Positions 42,844-51,520 of a stretch of 64,000 nt of DNA are shown piece after piece. This DNA comes from a virus (taxonomy: Duplodnaviria > Caudoviricetes): positions 147 to 64,146 of IMG/VR virus record IMGVR_UViG_3300034128_000023. One strand, 5' to 3'. The position numbers were made by a program, and so were the translations under genes. Below the pieces are notes generated by a model. That model ran no database searches, was not told the origin of the DNA, and was given only the letters and a program-made list of their open reading frames with translations. The first letter of the stretch is position 1, and every line of letters starts with the position of its first letter.

Positions 42844-45429
42844 ATGCAAAATGTTTATCTGTCAGGCGGGGCCGACCAGCCACTTCGGGAAATCGAAGTC
42901 GCGAGCCAGGCAGATGATTTTGAGCGACTCCAGAGGTACTCCCAGGCCCTTGAAGGTGCCATGGATGGCTGGAAGTCTTGGGTGCTGGCGTGCGGCGGCA
43001 CCGTATTCGCCATGGGGCCAGAGTCCTTCCGGGCCCGCATTGGGGCCGACCGCCTTCAGGAACTCCCCCACCTCCGCACCCAGTTCGCTACCGCCGTCGG
43101 CGCCACGATTTCCATTGGGGTTGGAGCCAAGCTGTCGGAGGCCGACCGCGCACTCGAGGCAGCCAAGAAGGTCGGCGGTGACCAGATTCGGCTGTATGAT
43201 GGGTCGGTCGAAGAAGACCTCCGTCACGAAAACGACGAAGAGGGCCTGAGCAAGAACCAGGCCGCCTTCCATGACCCCCGCGATGGCAAGGTGTACCCCA
43301 CCGGGTCAATCCACGACCTCGAAGGTCTCCCCGAACACCTCCAGGACGATGCCGTCAACGGCGTTCTGCAGTCTGGCTTTGTCGACACCCAGGGCCAATT
43401 CTTCCAGCGCAAACCGCGCCTCCCTCACACGGACGTCCAGAAGGCCGAAGACCCCCTGAACACGCCAGCGGCCGGCGGCGGAATGACTGGCCCCTCACAG
43501 CCCAGCCCGGAAGCGCCCCAGGCTCCCCTCACTGAGGCGTCCGAGCACTCCGAGAACGAGGCTCTGGCCAACATGCTGCGCAGCGCCCCCAGTAGCGCCC
43601 CGATGGACGTTGGGCAGCTCCATGACTCCTTCGACATGGCAGCCTCAGCCCAGGGCCAGCAGGACGAGAAAGAGGCCCAGATGCAGGGCCAGCAGGCAGA
43701 CAGCCAGGCCCAGACCTCCGACATCAAGTCGCGGGTCGCCGCTATCCTCAAGGTCTTCAAGGCGCGCGCTCCCGAACTCGAGCAGCTCCAGGACCAAGAC
43801 CCCGAGCTGTACCAGACCATCGTAGGAATGCTCAAGGCCATGACCGACATGGCTCGCGAGGCCAGTCAGGCCCCCGTGCAGAAGTCGGAAATCCTCCTGA
43901 AGATGGAAAACTGGAACCAGATGGCCCTCGTGTCCCCTGAGGGTGTGCTCCACGACACCGAAGGTCAGTCGCACCCCGACTGGGCCCACGAGAATCGCCA
44001 TCTGGTGGGATTCGTGCCCACCCACGATAGTGACTACAAGCCCGCGGCGGAGAGCGACGGCCAGGCCACCCAGGACAGCGAAGGACGCATCGCCCTCGAC
44101 CACTTCCTCGACGCAGGATGGACGCGAATCAAGCCCAACATGGGGGTCCAGGTGTCGGGATTGCACTCGGGCAATATCCGTACCGTGCATAAAATCATCC
44201 GAGCCATGGCCAAGCAGAACCCTGGCCGGCCCCTTTCGGTCGACGACGGCAACGGCAGCGCCCACGTGACCGTCAGCGGCTCGGGGCGACCGGACCTGTC
44301 CGTCCTGAATAGCCGAATTCAGAAGTCGGAGCTTATCAAGGGTTACCCCAAGGACGAAGACGAGAACCGAGCCAACGAGGCAGCCCACCAAATCCTCCAG
44401 GATTCTCTTGAAGAGAAGGGCGGCCAGGTCGTCCACGGCGCTGGTCCCTTGCTCCCCACAGGGGGTCGCACCGGCAAGACAGGCAAGCCCCTGAAGGACT
44501 CCCCCGTCTCGAGGTCTAGGATTCGCGGCGCAGCTGCGGCGAACCGTGGCGAAAACGAGCCAATTTACGCGGAGATGGACCCCGCCGCCCCCTATTATGA
44601 CGCCGGAATGCCCGCGGTGACTTCGAAGCCGACGGGGTTCACAGGTGGGGGCACGTCGGTGTCTGCCGGCCTCGGGTTCTCCAACGCCACCCCCCAGCGC
44701 ATCGCCGAGGGGGCCGACAAGCGATGGTGGGAAGATGTGGACCGCGGGTCCTGGGACCAGGTCAGTGACTCCTTCAATCGGCAGCATCCGTTTCCGGGCC
44801 ACCTTGTCGCGTTCTACGGAGGCAAGGACAGGCATCCGGGAATTGCCGTAGCGGCTCGTGCTCAGCCCGGCCGTCTCCTCGGCCGCTACCCCATTCATCC
44901 CGACACAGGCCAGCTCGGCTCCCCCGTCTCAGCGAACGGACTGACAGAGGTCCGCGACCTGCCCCCGGAAACCAAAGCGGCACTCCAGGCCCACTTGACC
45001 CAGCATTGGCCCACCTTCTTCAAGAAGCCTGCGGTTCTCAAGGCGGACCTCATGCCCGGCGGAAAGGCCGACGACAAGACCGACGACGACTTCGACCCCG
45101 ACGACCTGGCAGAAGGTGCCCGCATCGAGGCCGAAGAGCACGGGCTCGACGAGGCTCGCGCCAAGGAAATCGCCCGGGACCACCTGACCGAAAACTCGCA
45201 ATATTACAAAACCGCCAAGGCTGCCCTGGTTCCGCGGAAGACGGGCGTCCATCAGGTCCACTATCCTGTTGGGTCCCAGAAGGATGCCGGAGCCCAGGGC
45301 ACCCGTGACGTGGGGAAGATTAAGGTGCAAAGCAGTGCTGACGGGAAAACCAAGTGGCGGTCGGTTAGGGCCGGTCTCGTGATGGACAAAGAGGGGAACC
45401 CCATCTCCTCACGAAACCCAGGAGGGTGA
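42844..45429 (+). CDS. putative head polyprotein: degenerate mCpol-like domain, several small domains, DUF5661-like domain
   Basis: N-terminal palm pattern (TISIGVG..L.EA..AL..AKK.GG..I..Y); K[SA][ED] linkers; E.EH....A.EIA.DHL.E...YY. Confidence 0.75.
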   Translation: MQNVYLSGGADQPLREIEVASQADDFERLQRYSQALEGAMDGWKSWVLACGGTVFAMGPESFRARIGADRLQELPHLRTQFATAVGATISIGVGAKLSEADRALEAAKKVGGDQIRLYDGSVEEDLRHENDEEGLSKNQAAFHDPRDGKVYPTGSIHDLEGLPEHLQDDAVNGVLQSGFVDTQGQFFQRKPRLPHTDVQKAEDPLNTPAAGGGMTGPSQPSPEAPQAPLTEASEHSENEALANMLRSAPSSAPMDVGQLHDSFDMAASAQGQQDEKEAQMQGQQADSQAQTSDIKSRVAAILKVFKARAPELEQLQDQDPELYQTIVGMLKAMTDMAREASQAPVQKSEILLKMENWNQMALVSPEGVLHDTEGQSHPDWAHENRHLVGFVPTHDSDYKPAAESDGQATQDSEGRIALDHFLDAGWTRIKPNMGVQVSGLHSGNIRTVHKIIRAMAKQNPGRPLSVDDGNGSAHVTVSGSGRPDLSVLNSRIQKSELIKGYPKDEDENRANEAAHQILQDSLEEKGGQVVHGAGPLLPTGGRTGKTGKPLKDSPVSRSRIRGAAAANRGENEPIYAEMDPAAPYYDAGMPAVTSKPTGFTGGGTSVSAGLGFSNATPQRIAEGADKRWWEDVDRGSWDQVSDSFNRQHPFPGHLVAFYGGKDRHPGIAVAARAQPGRLLGRYPIHPDTGQLGSPVSANGLTEVRDLPPETKAALQAHLTQHWPTFFKKPAVLKADLMPGGKADDKTDDDFDPDDLAEGARIEAEEHGLDEARAKEIARDHLTENSQYYKTAKAALVPRKTGVHQVHYPVGSQKDAGAQGTRDVGKIKVQSSADGKTKWRSVRAGLVMDKEGNPISSRNPGG

Positions 45430-45587
45430 CATCACCCGGTACGAAGGTACCGACCACTCTCGCCAATTCGCCCACGGAACCATCGCCCAAACCAGGAGCT
45501 GGGCCAGATTGGGGGTCTCCGCGTCGACGACCAACTCGAAGTCCAACCCCGCCTGCTTGCGGGGCACCACGTAGACGGTGAAGAGGC

Positions 45588-45830
45588 TCACTGACGCACC
45601 CAGCCAAGCTTTTCCATGGCCGAAGCCCAGCTCTCCGGGTTCGCGTCCTTCTTCAGACTGCCCCGAACCGTCCAGCCGAACTTCATGTCCCCGACCGAGA
45701 ACTTGTGCAGGATTTTCCGGTCCGACATCAGGGCGCGGGTCTCGAGGCGGGTAGCGCCGTCGACGCCGTGGGGAAGAGTCTTGGTGAAGCGGTAGAGTTC
45801 GGTCCGTCCATTCGCGCTCAGCTTGGCCAC
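45588..45830 (-). CDS. hypothetical protein
   Basis: GTG start, SD AAAGGAG, TTGACG-N17-TATATA upstream. Confidence 0.7.
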   Translation of the reverse strand: MAKLSANGRTELYRFTKTLPHGVDGATRLETRALMSDRKILHKFSVGDMKFGWTVRGSLKKDANPESWASAMEKLGWVRQ

Positions 45831-45901
45831 GGTGTAGCTCCTTTGTAGGAACGTATATAGAATACCCCACGAAGGTCGTCAAGTGGGTAATCTTCATTAT
45901 T

Positions 45902-46729
45902 GTGATTAATCTCAACGTCGACCTGACCGCGATACTGGAACTGGGGAAAGACCTGGAGCCAACGGTCAAGAAGGCCCTTTCCGAGGCCGCGGGCAACCTG
46001 GCCCTGCAAACCCACGCCCACATCGTCGAGAAGGTCCAGAAAGAACTCCACTCGTCGCGAGAGAAGTATCTGGGCGCCCTCGAATTCAAGCAGGTGAGCG
46101 CCGACACATGGGTCATCAATCTTGACAAAGCCGCCATGTGGATTGAGCAAGGTCAGCCGGAGCATAGTATGCTGGACGACTTGCTGTCAAGCCCCAAAGC
46201 AAAAATGTCAGCTGATGGTTCAAGATACGTCGTCGTTCCGTTCGAGCACAACAAGGGCCCGACCCGCCAGACCCAGGCCCAGAACGACCTGACCAATACC
46301 ATCAAGGCGGAAATGAAGAAGCGCCAAATTCCTTATGGGAAACTTGAGTTTGCTGCGGATGGGGCTCCCAAGGTCGGCAAGCTGCACACCTTCAACATCA
46401 ATGCCCCCAACAAGACCGCAGAAGGTCCAGGTCAGGGGCACGGGCAGATTGGCCAAGCCCGCCAGGGCCCGACGGGGATTCCTTTCTTGCGGGGCGTCTC
46501 GGTCTACCAGAAGCAAATCAAGGACCAGTCCACCGGCAAGACCAAGGTCAAGAAGGCCATCATGACCTTCCGCGTCGCCTCCTCCAAGCACCAGGGGACC
46601 GAGCGCTGGCATCACCCCGGGACCGAAGCCAAGGAGTTCTTCGAGGACGCTCAGAAGTGGGCCCTCGAGCAGTGGGAGCGCAAAATCGTCCCCGACATCA
46701 TGCGGCGCCTTAGCTCCGCTAACTTCTGA
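45902..46729 (+). CDS. putative neck / tail-completion protein
   Basis: GTAATCT 45887-45893 upstream; YVVVPF, FRVASSK, W.HPG motifs; structural context. Confidence 0.65.
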   Translation: MINLNVDLTAILELGKDLEPTVKKALSEAAGNLALQTHAHIVEKVQKELHSSREKYLGALEFKQVSADTWVINLDKAAMWIEQGQPEHSMLDDLLSSPKAKMSADGSRYVVVPFEHNKGPTRQTQAQNDLTNTIKAEMKKRQIPYGKLEFAADGAPKVGKLHTFNINAPNKTAEGPGQGHGQIGQARQGPTGIPFLRGVSVYQKQIKDQSTGKTKVKKAIMTFRVASSKHQGTERWHHPGTEAKEFFEDAQKWALEQWERKIVPDIMRRLSSANF

Positions 46730-46943
46730 TTTTAGACTTGTGGGGTGTGGGGGCGTCGCGGTGTAGAATCATCGACGAAACCAGATACGAAAAAACCGTA
46801 CCGGCGTCCAGGACCGCAGTCAAGGCCTTCGATGCTGAAGCGCGGGTGATGAACGGCCCGAGAATCACGGGTTCATCCGTCTCGAGCACGCGATACGTAA
46901 CCCTGAACTCCTCGGTGTCAAGGAGCATGTGGGGTCTTGGCAA
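46719..46943 (-). CDS. hypothetical protein
   Basis: 74 aa ORF. Confidence 0.5.
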   Translation of the reverse strand: MPRPHMLLDTEEFRVTYRVLETDEPVILGPFITRASASKALTAVLDAGTVFSYLVSSMILHRDAPTPHKSKIRS

Positions 46944-47163
46944 TCAGGCGGGTCAACTCCTGCTTCTCCTGGGCGGATGGCGGGGGGTAAATCATCTTCT
47001 CGAGAGCCTTCACTGCGTTGACCTCGTGGAGCAGGAAGGGCAGGTCAGAGTTCCCCGAGTACAGCGTGAAGAGCCGGTTCTTGTAGGACTGCAAGCCCCT
47101 GACGAGTGTCGCCACCTGCTCCTCGGTCAAAACAGCGTCTCCGATGGTGATTTCTGAGGTCAT
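46918..47163 (-). CDS. hypothetical protein
   Basis: TTGACA-N17-TAGAGT-N7-ATG upstream. Confidence 0.7.
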   Translation of the reverse strand: MTSEITIGDAVLTEEQVATLVRGLQSYKNRLFTLYSGNSDLPFLLHEVNAVKALEKMIYPPPSAQEKQELTRLIAKTPHAP

Positions 47164-47195
47164 GCTACAGACTCTACCATCTCGAAGCGCCGCTG

Positions 47196-47507
47196 TCAAC
47201 GCTTGCTGCCGAACCGCAAGAGGGTGGTCTCGAGGGCGTCAAGCATGTCGACGTGCGAAATACGGTCGAATTTGTATTTCTCGTTGAACTTAGCTGCCTC
47301 TTCGGCTAGGAGGGCAGCAATCTTGGCCTTGGTCGAGAGAAGCCACTCGGTCCTGTACGTGTTGGGCATTATCCCCTTTTTGAGGGAGGCTTGAATCGCA
47401 GCCCTCTGCTGCAGCCCGAAGGCGATTTTGGCGTCTACGTCGGTCACCAAGCTGTGGAGAAATTCGCAGATGGCAGTCAGTTGCTGGGAAGAGAGCTTGT
47501 CGTCCAT
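47196..47507 (-). CDS. hypothetical protein
   Basis: Extended -10 TGCTACAAT-N6-ATG upstream. Confidence 0.7.
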   Translation of the reverse strand: MDDKLSSQQLTAICEFLHSLVTDVDAKIAFGLQQRAAIQASLKKGIMPNTYRTEWLLSTKAKIAALLAEEAAKFNEKYKFDRISHVDMLDALETTLLRFGSKR

Positions 47508-47544
47508 GGGTCCATTGTAGCACGTTTGGCGTAATCTCTGTCGT
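47508..47544. promoter_or_regulatory. compact divergent early/late promoters
   Basis: minus TGcTACAAT; plus GTAATCT-N7-ATG. Confidence 0.7.
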
Positions 47545-48558
47545 ATGCCCCTCATCCGAGCCCTCGAGCTTCCTCTTCCAGACCATCAGAACACCAAGGT
47601 CTTGGGGGTTCATCAGGGAGACCTGATTATTAAATCAGCTCTGGACATGGCCATTGCCGACATCAGGGCCAACCCGTGGCTACTCGACTACGTGTGGGCC
47701 TCTGTGGTCCAGGACGCACTGACCGCCCGTACGTACGGGATGGCAGACCTGGAGAGAAGCAAGGAGTGGTTCCTGAACACGGACTTCCCCGTCAAGGTGG
47801 GGCCCGTGATGGACGAGACCGCGGTTCCGGTCATCGTTGTTTCGCTGGGCAATTCAGAAGAGCAGACCGCGGAGGCGACGATTGGGGACATCAACCCGGA
47901 CGGTGCGACGGAGGATAACACCTCCGCGGAATGGCCTCCGATGACGACCCCTCTGATTCCCGTGTCGTACGACCAGGCAACGGGCGTTCTTGTTCTGAGG
48001 GAGAAAGACATCCCGTCGGACTTTTCGGTCGCTGAGGGCATGTACGTAATTGACCGGTTCGGTGCGCCTCACGAAATCAAGAAGACCTACGGACGAGCAG
48101 CTGTCGGAGTTGCTCCAGGCACGGTTGCCGACTTCCGCGGGGGCACCATCAAGACGGCCCGCCCCACTTGGCTGACTTTTGTTGAATCCTCCAGCTTCCG
48201 CGAGTCGTACCAGCTCGCCGTCAAAGTGGGTGGGGAGCCAGTCAACACCGTCCTTCTGCACTCCGTCGTTGTGTTTTGTTTGCTCCGCTACAAGGAAGTT
48301 CTCTTGGAGGCCAGAGGGTTCGAGCGCTCGACGTTCACCTCCAGCGACCTGAAGCTCGACACCGAGATGTCGGAGACCCAACCAGTGTTCGCCCGATACA
48401 TCAGCTTGAGCGGATATATCAGGCAGTACTGGCCCAAGCTCGTGACCCCCAAAATCGCCGTGGCTTATACGCAAGGGCGCGTCATCGCGGCGGGTCCGAC
48501 GGGGACACAGGACTGGAGCCTCGACGACGACTCAATTGTACTCACCGGGCGGGGGTAA
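47545..48558 (+). CDS. putative tail terminator/completion protein
   Basis: 337 aa late gene upstream of sheath; beta-rich C-terminus. Confidence 0.55.
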   Translation: MPLIRALELPLPDHQNTKVLGVHQGDLIIKSALDMAIADIRANPWLLDYVWASVVQDALTARTYGMADLERSKEWFLNTDFPVKVGPVMDETAVPVIVVSLGNSEEQTAEATIGDINPDGATEDNTSAEWPPMTTPLIPVSYDQATGVLVLREKDIPSDFSVAEGMYVIDRFGAPHEIKKTYGRAAVGVAPGTVADFRGGTIKTARPTWLTFVESSSFRESYQLAVKVGGEPVNTVLLHSVVVFCLLRYKEVLLEARGFERSTFTSSDLKLDTEMSETQPVFARYISLSGYIRQYWPKLVTPKIAVAYTQGRVIAAGPTGTQDWSLDDDSIVLTGRG

Positions 48559-48568
48559 TCTCGACCGT

Positions 48569-51496
48569 ATGCCGGTACCTGAGCATCTCAAAAATCACCC
48601 CGTGTTTTCTGGGAAGGGCTCGTTCGGCATCATGTCGGCCGAAGACCCATACTTCCCGGCCGAGACCGCCTCCACCTCAGAGAACCTTGGCGCGCACCTG
48701 AAGGCTCTCGGCCTCCACCACGAGCCCGTCGTCGGGCAGTACGAGAACGCCCGTGAAAATTCATCTCTAATTCACAACCCGACCCGCGAACAGATGATGG
48801 ACCTCGGGCGCAGGTTCGGCCAGGAGTCGGTCGTCTTTTCGCAGAACGGCAACCATGAAATCCTGTACACCAACGGTCCCCACAAAGGCAAGTCCAGGGT
48901 TCAGCACCCCGAACTCCCCACCTCCGAGTTCCTGACCGAGCCTCCGCAGCACGGTGGCTACACGCAGTTGCCCGGCGGCGAGATGTTCCGCCTGAATTTT
49001 GACTGGGGCCGCCAGCCGGCCGTTGTTCGCGACACCCAGTCTCACCCCCACGATTATTCCTGGCACGACACCAACACGTACCACAGCAGGTTCGACAAAG
49101 GCTATTCTGGGAACTCGCTGAAGAAGAGTGAGCAGCCCCTGGACATGAAGCTGCTGACCCCGTTCGGAACGGTTGGCGGTCCCCAGTCCCCCACCGACTT
49201 CAGCCACCTGCTCGGCCACAAGCTGGCCGACACCGAGGAGCTGGCAGCCAAGTACGGCTACAAGACCTTTTTGCATAGTGGGCGCTACGGAGCCCCCGAC
49301 TTCGAGGCGCACAACTACAGCACTGGGTTCTTGCCTATTTCTGACCCCGGCGCAACCGACCACGCAACGGAATCTGGAGTGCGAGCGTACCGTACTCTTC
49401 ACGAGCTGGCCCACGCCCTGACGTACCCCGAAATCAACAAGCTCTACGGCGAGTCGAGACGTAGTGGTGCGATGGGTGAGCGAACCCCCCACGAGACGAT
49501 GCGCTCCGTGCACTGGGAAGACCTCGCATCGAAGCGCCAGCGTGCTCTTGCCAGCGAAATTGGCGTGGCCGTGTCGGACCCCGACTTCAACAAGGACCGC
49601 AACTCTGTGATGGCAGACGCTGTCCATCGCGCCGTCACCGGTCGGGAATCAACCCCGCTGTCCCAGCTCGGCTTCGTTCCCCACTCTCACGAAGTCCCCC
49701 TGTCTACCGCTCTCGACTCCGTTCGTGCAGCTGCCGAGGAGAGGGGAATCCCAGGCCTCCACGACCACGCCGCACCGAAGGTTTCGGTCGCTAAGTCTCT
49801 GGCCAAGTCGGACACAGTCAAGGCGGCCTTCCGCCACAAGAAGACGGGCGCGGTCGTGACAGCCGAACACTTCCACGACCCCTCCGTACTGCCGGAAGGT
49901 CACTCGAAGACCGACTACGACGAAGGCTTCGTCGAGCGCGGAGCGTTCCATACCCGCGACGAATACAAAAAGAAGTACCCCCGCAAGATGAAAATCAAGA
50001 AAGCGGAGCTGCCGGCCCCGGTAATCCACACCAGCGTCGAGGGCTTCCTGAAGGGCCTCCAGGCCATCCCGAAAGGAACGCCCGAACGAGGCAAGTTCAT
50101 CACTCGGCACATGGGGCACGCTGGCTTTATTGGTGCGCTCCGCGCCCACGCGCAGGGGCCGCAGATTTTTAAAATGCTGACCGCACATCTGAACAGCCCG
50201 GCCAATGCTGGTCCGGGTAGGGCGGTTGTGACAGCGAAATCAGAAGACGGCGTAATCTTGCTGGACGGGAGTAAACACGTGGCTACAGACCCTATTGCAG
50301 CGCTCGAGCGAATTCAGGTGTTGTCGGCGAAGCTCTATGAGCTGCACAAGAAGGAGCTGGAGAAGCAGCTCATTCCTCCCCACGACCACAACGTGGGCGT
50401 GACTGTCGGAGCAGGAATGGAAGACGTCGCTCCTGGCCGTCTCGACCACCGAGGTCAGATTGGCGGCACTGCCACCCGCAACCTTCCCCGCAAGCCGCAG
50501 GGCGTAGTTAAGGCGGCCCCGACCGAGACCTCCGCTGAGGCCTCCGCTGAGGCCTCCGCTGAAGAGTCCACCAAAGGTCGCGAAGAGTCGACGGTCGCCG
50601 CCCTCTGCAAGCTCTGCAAGAAGGGTCCGTGCGCGTGCGCCGCAAAGGGCGAGATGTCCGCAACCGGAGTTCTTCCGGGCGACAAGCCAGTCAAGGAAAG
50701 CTCTGTGGACGGGACCGGTGGCAAAATCAAGTCGGTCTCCGCCATCCGCAAGTCCGCGATGGAGAGCATGCAGAAGGCGGAGATTGCTCCGGGCGTGCAT
50801 TCCGACGCCGTGGCCAAGCCGACCCCCACCGTTTTTCCCGCGGCTCCCGCGAACGCGCCCCACTCGACCCGCCTGACGGAGGCGCTCAAGCTGGGCCAGC
50901 CTGTGCACGCGATGGCGCACCCCAACGGCATGCTCGAGTTCGTCCCCCCAGGGATGGTCCGCAACATCAGTGTCACCCAGAAGAGGCCGGTGTTTATGGT
51001 GCACCCAGCCCCCGTCGCGAAAGCTGAGCCCCCGATGGCAAAGCCGCCCGGCGGGAAGAACATGGCGACCCACACCCCGACTTCCAAGCCGGCCGCAGTA
51101 GCGCCCCCGAAGACGAAGATTCCGAAGCCCAAGGCCAAGATTGCAGTCGCCACGATGACCTCTGGCAACGTAGGCAATGCAGGAGCAGCGATGGGTACCG
51201 CCGCAGGTGGCGGTCTTGGCAAGGGCGTTATGTCCGACATCGCCCAGCGCGAGTCCCAGTCGATGGGCGGACCTACCGCAGTAGCCCCCGCCCCCAAAGC
51301 AGCCCTGCCGAGCCCGAGCCAGCAAGAGGACCGAGCCGCGATGTTCGCTGGCGCCATGGCTGGCGACTACACGCCCCCGGCCGCAGCTCCCAAGCCGAGG
51401 GTCGTAGCGGTAAATCCTGTTGGTGCAATCCCAGCAACAAAACTCACGAAGCGGCCTGGCATTTTTGGTCGTCTTCCTCTCAACAATCCCAAGTAA
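48569..51496 (+). CDS. putative head polyprotein with HExxH peptidase domain and Ala/Pro/Lys-rich tail
   Basis: GTAATCT-N7-ATG; LHELAH; many K[SA][ED] linkers. Confidence 0.8.
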   Translation: MPVPEHLKNHPVFSGKGSFGIMSAEDPYFPAETASTSENLGAHLKALGLHHEPVVGQYENARENSSLIHNPTREQMMDLGRRFGQESVVFSQNGNHEILYTNGPHKGKSRVQHPELPTSEFLTEPPQHGGYTQLPGGEMFRLNFDWGRQPAVVRDTQSHPHDYSWHDTNTYHSRFDKGYSGNSLKKSEQPLDMKLLTPFGTVGGPQSPTDFSHLLGHKLADTEELAAKYGYKTFLHSGRYGAPDFEAHNYSTGFLPISDPGATDHATESGVRAYRTLHELAHALTYPEINKLYGESRRSGAMGERTPHETMRSVHWEDLASKRQRALASEIGVAVSDPDFNKDRNSVMADAVHRAVTGRESTPLSQLGFVPHSHEVPLSTALDSVRAAAEERGIPGLHDHAAPKVSVAKSLAKSDTVKAAFRHKKTGAVVTAEHFHDPSVLPEGHSKTDYDEGFVERGAFHTRDEYKKKYPRKMKIKKAELPAPVIHTSVEGFLKGLQAIPKGTPERGKFITRHMGHAGFIGALRAHAQGPQIFKMLTAHLNSPANAGPGRAVVTAKSEDGVILLDGSKHVATDPIAALERIQVLSAKLYELHKKELEKQLIPPHDHNVGVTVGAGMEDVAPGRLDHRGQIGGTATRNLPRKPQGVVKAAPTETSAEASAEASAEESTKGREESTVAALCKLCKKGPCACAAKGEMSATGVLPGDKPVKESSVDGTGGKIKSVSAIRKSAMESMQKAEIAPGVHSDAVAKPTPTVFPAAPANAPHSTRLTEALKLGQPVHAMAHPNGMLEFVPPGMVRNISVTQKRPVFMVHPAPVAKAEPPMAKPPGGKNMATHTPTSKPAAVAPPKTKIPKPKAKIAVATMTSGNVGNAGAAMGTAAGGGLGKGVMSDIAQRESQSMGGPTAVAPAPKAALPSPSQQEDRAAMFAGAMAGDYTPPAAAPKPRVVAVNPVGAIPATKLTKRPGIFGRLPLNNPK

Positions 51497-51499
51497 TCT
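51494..51499 (+). promoter_or_regulatory. putative late promoter TAATCT of sheath gene
   Basis: GTAATCT-CCCCGT-A then CAGGAG SD. Confidence 0.7.
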
Positions 51500-51520
51500 C
51501 CCCGTACAGGAGTCACGCTA

